The notes under the pieces were generated by a model that was given only the letters and a program-made list of their open reading frames with translations, did no database searches and had not been told where the DNA came from. 64,000 bases of DNA from an uncultured Gemmatimonadales bacterium (lineage in GTDB: Bacteria; Gemmatimonadota; Gemmatimonadetes; Longimicrobiales; Longimicrobiaceae), in assembly GCA_963716255.1 (NCBI GenBank), contig OY970303.1, positions 7,936,001 through 8,000,000 of the forward strand, in the 5' to 3' direction. Below, one piece after another: positions 56,275 through 64,000 of the stretch. Both the position numbers and the translations under genes were made by a program. Each line of letters opens with the position of its first letter. Within the stretch, counting starts at the first letter, position 1.

Positions 56275-59200
56275 ATGGCCGACGTGAAGCACGATGCAGA
56301 AACGCCCGGGTACGAGGACGCCGTCGCGGTCGTGGGGATGGCCGGGCGATTTCCCGGCGCCGCCACCGTGGAGGAGTTCTGGCGCAACCTCCGCGGCGGA
56401 GTGGAGTCCATCGACTTCTTCAGCGTGGAGGAGATGGAGGCCGCGGGAGCCCCCTCCGCCCTGGTCCGCGACCCCAGCTACGTCCGCGCGCACGGCACGC
56501 TGGACCGGGTGGAGTGGTTCGACGCCGCGTTCTTCGGCTTCTCGCCGCGCGAGGCGGAGATCATGGACCCGCAGGTGCGGCTCTTCCTGGAAACCGCCTG
56601 GGAGGCGCTGGAGCGGGCGGGCTACGACGCGGAGCGCGTGGAGGTCCCCGTCGGCGTCTTCGGCGGCGGCACCATGAACCACTACCTGATGCACGCCATC
56701 CAGTCCGACCCGTCGCTGATGGCGCGGGCCGGCGGGCTCCAGGGCGGCATCCTCAACCACAACTTCATCGCCACCTGGACCTCGTACAAGCTGGGGCTGC
56801 GCGGCCCCAGCCTGAACCTGCAGACGGCGTGCTCCACCTCGCTGGTCGCGGTCCACCTGGCCGTGCAGAGCCTGCTCGCCGGCGAGTGCGGGATGGCGCT
56901 CGCGGGCGGCGCCTCGGTGCAGATTCCCCAGAAGCGCGGCTACACCTGGGAGGAGGGCGGCATCCTGTCCCCCGACGGCCACTGCCGCGCCTTCGACGCG
57001 GAGGCGGGCGGCACGGTGGACGGGAGCGGGGTGGGCGTGGTGGTGCTGAAGCGGATGGAGGACGCGCTGCAGGACGGCGACGTGGTGCACGCGGTGATCC
57101 GCGCCTCGGCCGTGAACAACGACGGCTCGCTCAAGGCCGGCTTCACCGCGCCCTCCGTCGCCGGACAGGCGGCGGTGATCTCGGAGGCCCTGGCGCTGTC
57201 CCGGGTCGATCCCGACACCATCGGCTACGTGGAGTGCCACGGCACCGCCACGCCGCTGGGCGACCCCATCGAGGCCACGGCGCTGACGCAGGCCTTCCGC
57301 GCGCGCACGGCGAGGACGGGCTTCTGCGCCCTGGGCGGCGTCAAGACCAACATCGGGCACCTGGACGTGGCCGCGGGCGTGGCCGGCTTCATCAAGGCGG
57401 CGCAGGCGGTGAAGCACGGCGAGATCCCGCCCTCGCTCCACTTCCGCGCCCCCAACCCCGAGATCGACTTCGCGGCGTCGCCCTTCTTCGTCAACGCCGA
57501 GCTGCGCCCCTGGACGACGGCGGGGCACCCGCGGCGCGCGGGCGTCTCGTCCTTCGGCATCGGCGGCACCAACGCGCACGTGCTCCTGGAGGAGCCTCCC
57601 GCGCCCGCCCCGGCCGCCCCCGGCCGCCCGGTGCACGTGCTCGCCCTGTCCGCGCGCACGCCCGCCGCGCTGGAGCGTGCGACCGCCGAGCTCGCCGGCT
57701 GGCTGGACGCGCACCCGGACGCGCCGCTCGCCGACGTGGCCTTCACCCTCCAGGCCGGGCGCCGCGCCTTCCGCCACCGCCGCGTCGTGCTGGCGCAGGG
57801 CGCCGCGGACGCGCTCGCCGCGCTGCGCGAGCCCGGCACGCCGCGCGCCCTCACCCTCGCGGGGGAGCCCGGGGCGCGCCCGGTGGCGCTGGTCTTTCCC
57901 GCCGGCGGCGCCCCCGCCGCGGGCGCCTGCCGCGAGCCGTACGAGAGCGAGCCGGCCTTCCGCGAGGCCGTGGACGCCTGCGCCGGGCTCCTGCTGCCGC
58001 GCCTGGGGACGGACGTGCGCCCGCTCCTCCTCGCCGAGGACGGCGGAGCGTCCGCGGACGGCGGCGCCGCGGGCCAGTGCGCGCTGTTCGTGGCGCAGTA
58101 CGCCGCGGCACGGCTCTGGGCCGCCTGGGGAGTGCGCCCCGAGGCGGTGATGGGGGAGGGAACCGGCGAGGCGGTGGCCGCGTGCGTGGCGGGGATCCTG
58201 CCGCTGGAGGACGCCCTCGCCTTCGCGCTCGCCCGCGCCCGGCTGCTGGAGGCCCGCGCCGCGGGCGCCGCCCCCGACGCCGAGATGCGCGCCCTGGTGC
58301 AGCAGCTCCGCGCGCAGGCGGTGTCCGCGCCCACGATCCCCTGCCTTTCCGCCGCGACCGGCGCCCCGGTGACCGCCGAGGCCGCGCGCGACCCCAGGCA
58401 CTGGCTGGCGCTCCTGGCCGGGTCCGCCCGCGCCGACGACGCCCTGCGCGCCCTGGTCGCCGGCACGGAGCGCGTGGTGGTGGAGGCGGGCCCGCCGGGC
58501 GGCACGGCGGAGCGCCTGGCCGCCCTGGGCGAGCCGGAGCGCCCCGTCCTCCCCTCGCTCCCCGACACCGGCGCGCCCGGCGCCGCGGCGGAGACGCTGT
58601 CCGGCGCGCTCGCGTTCCTGTGGGCCGCCGGGGCGCGCGTGGACTGGGCCGCGTACCACCGCGGCTGGAATCGCCGCCGCGTGGAGCTGCCCACGTATCC
58701 CTTCGAGCGGCAGTTCTTCTGGCTGGGCGGAGGCCGGCGGGAGGCGGGCGCCGGGCCGCGGGCCGAGCAGCCCGCGGCGCAGGAGCGGGTTGCCGCCCCG
58801 CCGCCTCCCGCCGAGAAGGTGCACGACCGCCCCCACCTCCAGGTGGAGTACGTGGCCCCGCGCACCGCGCTGGAGGAGCGGATCGCCGCCGCCTGGCGCG
58901 AGCTCTTCGGGGTGCGCGAGGTGGGGGTGTACGACTCGTTCTACGAGCTGGGCGGCACCTCGCTGATGGCGCCGCGGCTGGTCTTCCGGCTGCGAGACCT
59001 GCTGGAGACCGACGTGCCGCTGGACGCGCTCTACGAGGCGCCCACCATCGCCGACCTGGCCGCGCTCCTGGGCGACGGCGAGCCGGCCGACGGCGCGGCG
59101 GCCGCCGCGGCCGAGCTCGACCTGTGGGACGAGGTGGCGCTCGACCCGGAGATCCGGCCGGGCTCGCCGGCGCGCGCCGGCGGGCCTGCCGACGCGCTCC

Positions 59201-60375
59201 TCACCGGCGCCACCGGCTTCCTGGGCGCGTACCTGCTGCACGAGCTCCTGGAGCGCACCGCGCTGCGGGTGCACTGCCTGGTGCGCGCCGACGACCCCGC
59301 CGCCGGGCTGGAGCGCATCCGCCGCAAGCTGGACTCGTACGGCCTGTGGAGCGACGCCTACCGCGCCCGCGTCGTCGTGGTGCCCGGCGACCTCGCGCAG
59401 CCGCGGCTGGGGCTGGACGACGCCGCCTTCGCCGCCCTCGCGGAAGCGGTCCACGTCGTCTACCACAACGGCGCGCAGGTCAACCACACCTTCCCCTACG
59501 CCGCGCTCCGCGCCGCCAACGTGGGCGGCACGCGGGAAGTGCTGCGGCTGGCGTGCACCGGCCCGCTCAAGCCCGTGCACTTCCTGTCCAGCGTCGCCGT
59601 GTACTCGCCGCCCGCGCCCGGCGAGCCCGTCCCCGAGGTGCTGTACGAGAGCGACCCGGTGAACGAGTGGCGCCGCCTGACCGGCTACGCCCAGAGCAAG
59701 TGGGTCGCCGAGCAGGTGGTGCGCCTGGCGATGGCGCGCGGCGTCCCCGCCGCCATCTACCGCCCCGGCATCGTCACCGGCGACTCGCGCAGCGGCATCT
59801 GCGCCACGCACGACTTCATCTGGCGCTTCACCCGCGCCGTCGTGGAGATGGGGGAGGTCGCCCTGGCCGACGGCGGCACCGACGTGGCGCCCATCGACTA
59901 CGTCAGCGCCGCCATCGTCGAGCTGTCGCTGCGCCCCGACACGCCGGGGAAGACCTTCAACCTCACCCACCCCGAGATCGTCCGCTGGAGCGACCTCTGG
60001 GCGTCCGCCCGCCGCTTCGGCTACCGGCTGGACCCGGTACCGCTGCGCCGCTGGACCACCCGCATGCTCGCCGAGGCCGGCGCCGACGAGGAGCACCCCC
60101 TGCGCCCCTTCATCTCCCGCTTCCCCCCGCCGCCTCCCGGCGACCCCGCGGCGGACGAGGAGGTGGAGCTGGAGATGCCCGCTCCGCGCTTCGACTGCGC
60201 CGCGGTTCTGGCCGGGCTGGAGGGAACCGGCGTCGCCTGCCCCCCGGCGGACGACCGCCTGCTCCACCGCTACTTCCGGTACTTCGTGGACGTCGGCTTC
60301 CTCCCGGCTCCCGCCGCCGCGGGGTGGGCGGCGGGGGAAGCCGGCGCGCTCCCCGGCGCCGCCGCGGCCCGGTGA
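56275..60375 (+). CDS. PKS2: KS-AT(degenerate)-ACP-thioester reductase
   Basis: QTACSTS, ECHGTAT, KTNIGHL. AT remnant has GEGTG instead of GHSxG and no HAFH. ACP LGGTSLM. R domain LLTGATGFLG..VPGDL..YHNGA..GYAQSKWVAE..YRPG. Confidence 0.94.
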   Translation: MADVKHDAETPGYEDAVAVVGMAGRFPGAATVEEFWRNLRGGVESIDFFSVEEMEAAGAPSALVRDPSYVRAHGTLDRVEWFDAAFFGFSPREAEIMDPQVRLFLETAWEALERAGYDAERVEVPVGVFGGGTMNHYLMHAIQSDPSLMARAGGLQGGILNHNFIATWTSYKLGLRGPSLNLQTACSTSLVAVHLAVQSLLAGECGMALAGGASVQIPQKRGYTWEEGGILSPDGHCRAFDAEAGGTVDGSGVGVVVLKRMEDALQDGDVVHAVIRASAVNNDGSLKAGFTAPSVAGQAAVISEALALSRVDPDTIGYVECHGTATPLGDPIEATALTQAFRARTARTGFCALGGVKTNIGHLDVAAGVAGFIKAAQAVKHGEIPPSLHFRAPNPEIDFAASPFFVNAELRPWTTAGHPRRAGVSSFGIGGTNAHVLLEEPPAPAPAAPGRPVHVLALSARTPAALERATAELAGWLDAHPDAPLADVAFTLQAGRRAFRHRRVVLAQGAADALAALREPGTPRALTLAGEPGARPVALVFPAGGAPAAGACREPYESEPAFREAVDACAGLLLPRLGTDVRPLLLAEDGGASADGGAAGQCALFVAQYAAARLWAAWGVRPEAVMGEGTGEAVAACVAGILPLEDALAFALARARLLEARAAGAAPDAEMRALVQQLRAQAVSAPTIPCLSAATGAPVTAEAARDPRHWLALLAGSARADDALRALVAGTERVVVEAGPPGGTAERLAALGEPERPVLPSLPDTGAPGAAAETLSGALAFLWAAGARVDWAAYHRGWNRRRVELPTYPFERQFFWLGGGRREAGAGPRAEQPAAQERVAAPPPPAEKVHDRPHLQVEYVAPRTALEERIAAAWRELFGVREVGVYDSFYELGGTSLMAPRLVFRLRDLLETDVPLDALYEAPTIADLAALLGDGEPADGAAAAAAELDLWDEVALDPEIRPGSPARAGGPADALLTGATGFLGAYLLHELLERTALRVHCLVRADDPAAGLERIRRKLDSYGLWSDAYRARVVVVPGDLAQPRLGLDDAAFAALAEAVHVVYHNGAQVNHTFPYAALRAANVGGTREVLRLACTGPLKPVHFLSSVAVYSPPAPGEPVPEVLYESDPVNEWRRLTGYAQSKWVAEQVVRLAMARGVPAAIYRPGIVTGDSRSGICATHDFIWRFTRAVVEMGEVALADGGTDVAPIDYVSAAIVELSLRPDTPGKTFNLTHPEIVRWSDLWASARRFGYRLDPVPLRRWTTRMLAEAGADEEHPLRPFISRFPPPPPGDPAADEEVELEMPAPRFDCAAVLAGLEGTGVACPPADDRLLHRYFRYFVDVGFLPAPAAAGWAAGEAGALPGAAAAR

Positions 60376-60397
60376 GCCCGTCCCCGAGGAGGGCGCC

Positions 60398-61780
60398 GTG
60401 AGCCGCGCGCCCGCGGGCGAGCCGAGCCCGCAGCAGAACTTCCGCACCTTCCTGCTGATCTGGCTGGGCGGCACCGTCTCCGCCCTGGGGAGCGCGCTCA
60501 CCGGGTTCGTGATCGGGGTGTGGGCCTTCCAGCAGACCGGCTCCGCCACGCTGTACTCGCTGATCGCCGTGGCGGGGATCGTCCCGGCGATCCTGGTGGC
60601 CCCCTTCGCCGGGGCGCTGGCGGACCGCTGGGACCGGCGCAGGATGCTGGTGTGGGCCACGGTCGCCGCCATGGTCGTCACCGCCGCCACCGCCGCGCTC
60701 ATGGCCACCGGCCGGCTGCAGGTGTGGCACCTGTACGTCACCTCGCTCGTCGCCTCCGTGGTGGGCGCCAGCGTGCGGCCGGCGAGCATGGCCGTGTCCA
60801 CCTCGCTGATCCCCCCCGAGCAGTTCGGGCGCGCCTCCGGGCTCATGCAGTTCGGCGGCGCCGGCATCCGCGTCGTCGCCCCCGTGCTCGCCGGCATCCT
60901 GCTGGCCCGCATCCACGCCACCGGGGTGCTGCTCCTGGACCTGGCCAGCTTCGCCGTGGTGCTCGTGGTCTTCCTGTCCGTGCGCGTCCCGCAGCCGCAC
61001 CGCGCCGCGGCCGCCGCAGCGGGGCCGCGCCGCTCGCTCCTCGCCGATGCGGGCGAGGGGTGGCGCTACGTCCGCGAGCGCCCGGGGATCTTCGGCATGC
61101 TGCTGTACTTCTCGTGCATCGGCATCGCGCCCGTGATCAGCATGATCCTGCTCACCCCGCTGGTGCTGCGCACCGCGGACGAGGTGGTGCTGGGGACGGT
61201 GATGTCCCTCGCCGGGGCGGGGACGCTCGCCGGCGGCTTCCTCATGAGCACCTGGGGCGGTCCCCGGCGCCGCTTCCACGGCATCATCGCCGCCGGGACG
61301 ATCCTGGGCGTCAGCGTGATCGTGGCGGGGCTGCGCTCCGATCCCGCGGTCATCGCCGCCGGCGCGTTCGGCATCGCGCTCGGCGGGCCCCTCGCCACCG
61401 GCTGCTTCAACGCGCTCTGGCAGGTGAAGACGCCGCTCCACCTGCACGGCCGCGTCTTCGCCACCATCACCATGGTCGCCGAGTCGTCCATGCCGCTCGC
61501 CCTGCTCGCCGCCGGCCCCACCGCCGACTACCTCCTGGAGCCGCTCATGGCCCCGGGCGGCGCGCTTTCCGGCACGCTCGGGCCGATTCTGGGAGTGGGA
61601 CCGGGGCGGGGGATCGGGCTGCTGTACGTGGGCCTGGGCGTGTTCGTGCTGGCGGCCACGGCCGTCGCCTCGCGCATGCCGCGGCTGCGCTTTGCCGAGG
61701 ACGAGCTGGAGGACGCGGTCGGGCGTTCCGGGGCTTCGGGTCCTGTTTCCGTGGATGCCGAGCTGTCGCCGTCCACGTAA
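60398..61780 (+). CDS. MFS exporter (macrolide-efflux/DHA3-like)
   Basis: FLLIWLGGTVSALGSALTGF..QQTGSAT, PFAGALADRWDRRR, EGWRYV, GRVFA; about 12 TM segments. Confidence 0.9.
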   Translation: MSRAPAGEPSPQQNFRTFLLIWLGGTVSALGSALTGFVIGVWAFQQTGSATLYSLIAVAGIVPAILVAPFAGALADRWDRRRMLVWATVAAMVVTAATAALMATGRLQVWHLYVTSLVASVVGASVRPASMAVSTSLIPPEQFGRASGLMQFGGAGIRVVAPVLAGILLARIHATGVLLLDLASFAVVLVVFLSVRVPQPHRAAAAAAGPRRSLLADAGEGWRYVRERPGIFGMLLYFSCIGIAPVISMILLTPLVLRTADEVVLGTVMSLAGAGTLAGGFLMSTWGGPRRRFHGIIAAGTILGVSVIVAGLRSDPAVIAAGAFGIALGGPLATGCFNALWQVKTPLHLHGRVFATITMVAESSMPLALLAAGPTADYLLEPLMAPGGALSGTLGPILGVGPGRGIGLLYVGLGVFVLAATAVASRMPRLRFAEDELEDAVGRSGASGPVSVDAELSPST

Positions 61781-61801
61781 CGACGAACGGCAAGGGACGG
61801 C

Positions 61802-62278
61802 GGGTTCGGGCGTGCCCCCGGCGGGCGCCGGGGTCGGGCTTCGGCTCCGTAGGGCTGCAAACAACCCAGCCCAACGGAGTCGAGCCCCGGCGGAAACTGC
61901 CCCGCCGGGTCTCGCCCCTTCGGGCCGAAATCCCTCACGCGGGGATCGCGCTGGCGTCCGCGGAGGCCCCCACCCGGCTCGCTCAGGCTCGCCACCCTCC
62001 CCCAATTCTGGGGGAGGGCTTTCTGTCGGTCCGGGTCGTTGCCGTTCCTTGGATCTGCACCGGGAGGTCGGGGGAGGCTGCGCAGGAGGTGCGTTGTTCG
62101 AAGCCAGCGTGATCCCGCCCTCACTCGGAGGGTGGGCGAGTGCTCTCGCGAGTCCCTTCGGGGTTCGCACCGACGGAGCAGCCGCCCCCGGCCGACCACC
62201 AACACCGGAGCCCGCCGAAGCGCTCCGTCGTGCTCCCCCTCCCCCCTTGCGGGGGAGGGGGCCGGGGGGAGGGGGGTC
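61802..62278 (+). repeat. Composite hairpin repeat, copy 6, the most complete (A 61802-61941, D' 61965-62020, C 62038-62213, B' 62231-62278)
   Basis: Direct match to copy 1 modules A and C. Confidence 0.9.
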
Positions 62279-62323
62279 CCCGGCGCACCGGCCCCGAAGC
62301 CCACACCCAACTGACCCATCAGG

Positions 62324-63676
62324 ATGACCGACACCGCAGGCGAAGCGCGCGAGGAGTGGGAGCTGCTGGCGCTCTCCGCGCCGACGGAAGCCGCGCTGGA
62401 CGAGGCCACCGCGCGCCTCGCCGCGGAGCTGGAAGCGAGCGCCGACCCGTCGCTGGCGGGCCCCGCGCGGGCGCTGCGCGCCGCGCCCGCGGGGCCCTTC
62501 CGCCGCGTGCTGGTGGCGCGCGGCCGCGACGACGCGGCCGCGGCGCTGCGCGCGCGCGACCCGCGGCGCGTCCTCACCGGCCGCCAGGTCCCGGAGAGGC
62601 GGCCGGTCGCGCTGCTGTTCCCCGGCGTAGGCGAGCAGTACGTGGGAATGGGCCGCGGCCTGTACCGCGCCGAGCCCGTGTTCCGCGAGGAGATCGACCG
62701 CTGCGCCGCGGCGCTCCGTCCGCTCCTGGGCGTGGACCTGCGCGAGGTGCTGTATCCGCCGGAGGCGGAGGCGCCCGCCGCCCCCGCGCCAGCCACCGGG
62801 GGATTCGACCTGCGGAAGATGCTGGGGCGCGACGCCGCCGCCGCCAGGCCCGACCCCGCCGCCGACCGGCTGGACCGCACCGAGCTGGCGCAGCCCATCG
62901 TCTTCGCGCTGGAGTACGCCCTCTTCCGCCTGGTGACCGCGTGGGGGCTGCGGCCGCGCGCGGTGATCGGCCATTCGCTGGGCGAGTACGTCGCCGCCAC
63001 CGTGGCCGGCGTGTGGCCGCTGGAGGACGCGCTCGCGCTCGTCGCCGAGCGCGCCCGGCTGATCTCCGAGCTCCCGCCCGGAGCCATGCTCGGGCTCCCC
63101 TTCTCCGAGGCGGAAGCGGGCCCGTACCTGGGGCCGGAGCTGTCCGTGGCCGCCGTGAACTCCCCCGCCACCTGCGTGGCCTCCGGCCCCGTGGAGGCCG
63201 TCGCGGCGCTGGAGGCGCGCCTGGCGGGCGAGGGGCACGCGGCGCGGCGGCTCCACGCCACGCACGCCTTCCACTCGCGGATGATGGAAGCCGTCGTCCC
63301 CCGCTTCCGCGAGAGGCTGGCCGCAATCCGCGCGTCGCCGCCGCGCATCCCGGTGGTCTCCAACGTCACCGGCACCTGGCTGCGCCCGGAGGAAGCCGTC
63401 GACCCGGAGTACTGGGTGCGCCACCTGTGCCGGCCCGTGCGCTTCGCCCAGGGAGTCCTGGAGCTGGCCGACGACCCGGACACCGTGCTGCTGGAAGTGG
63501 GCCCCGGCCAGACGCTCGGCGGCTTCGCCCGCCAGAGCGGCCTCACGCGGCAGGTGGTCCTCCCCTCCGTCCGCTTCCGCTACGACCGCCAGTCCGACGA
63601 AGCCTTCCTCCTGGGCACCCTCGGTCGCCTGTGGCTCACCGGCGCCCCCGTGGAGTGGAGCGCCCCGCCCCCCTGA
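62324..63676 (+). CDS. Discrete malonyl-CoA-type acyltransferase with retained PKS linkers
   Basis: LLALSAPTEAAL..FRRVLVA linker, LFPGVGEQYVGMG, GHSLGEY, AVNSP, HAFHS, PVRFAQG, LEVGPG, LGRLWLTGAPVEW; no KS or ACP. Confidence 0.9.
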   Translation: MTDTAGEAREEWELLALSAPTEAALDEATARLAAELEASADPSLAGPARALRAAPAGPFRRVLVARGRDDAAAALRARDPRRVLTGRQVPERRPVALLFPGVGEQYVGMGRGLYRAEPVFREEIDRCAAALRPLLGVDLREVLYPPEAEAPAAPAPATGGFDLRKMLGRDAAAARPDPAADRLDRTELAQPIVFALEYALFRLVTAWGLRPRAVIGHSLGEYVAATVAGVWPLEDALALVAERARLISELPPGAMLGLPFSEAEAGPYLGPELSVAAVNSPATCVASGPVEAVAALEARLAGEGHAARRLHATHAFHSRMMEAVVPRFRERLAAIRASPPRIPVVSNVTGTWLRPEEAVDPEYWVRHLCRPVRFAQGVLELADDPDTVLLEVGPGQTLGGFARQSGLTRQVVLPSVRFRYDRQSDEAFLLGTLGRLWLTGAPVEWSAPPP

Positions 63677-63730
63677 CGCGAAGCCTGCCGCGGACCCGCA
63701 CCCGCACCCTCACCCTCACCCCATCCTGCC

Positions 63731-64000
63731 ATGCTCCGCTCCCTCTGGTGTTCCGCCCTGCTCGCCGCGGTCCTGGCCGGTGCCGGGTGCGCCCCCGTCC
63801 TCGCCACTCCCCCGGGCGGCCCCGCCACGCCGGAGGCCCGCTACCGGGACGCGATCCGCGACGCGGCCGTCCTCCACGGCCTTGGGCTGCAGGAGCTTGT
63901 CGTGCCCCGCGCGGACAGCACCCTGCACGTTCGCGTGGTGTCGTTCACGAGCTGGCCCGGCTATGCCGATTCCGCGCGGCTCGGAAGGGACTCCTTCCAG
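63731..64000 (+). CDS. Probable lipoprotein, 3' truncated
   Basis: MLRSLWCSALLAAVLAGAGC signal with lipobox; frame open to the window end. Confidence 0.5.
   Translation, partial: MLRSLWCSALLAAVLAGAGCAPVLATPPGGPATPEARYRDAIRDAAVLHGLGLQELVVPRADSTLHVRVVSFTSWPGYADSARLGRDSFQ

Overview
Very GC-rich bacterial window. The gene content and order (secD-secF-tatD; mutL-miaA-bshA-nadC-birA; DUF5916, Tat-signal TldD and 6-bladed propeller genes) suggest Gemmatimonadota, Longimicrobium-like; this is an inference. The left 27 kb holds a 5'-truncated B12 glutamate mutase with its S and E subunits fused, an Asp/Glu racemase, secreted or envelope proteins, housekeeping genes and a pair of small paralogous secreted peptides. 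From 27.0 to 63.7 kb lies a hybrid NRPS-PKS cluster: aminotransferase, five NRPS genes (8 A domains), two PKS modules without a working AT (one AT deleted, one degenerate), a terminal thioester reductase, an MFS exporter and a discrete malonyl-type AT that looks excised from a cis-AT module. Many intergenic regions carry a family of modular, covarying hairpin repeats (REP/BIME/MITE-like). Two of these repeat modules also sit in-frame inside two duplicated NRPS adenylation domains. A-domain specificity codes were read by eye against GrsA and are tentative.
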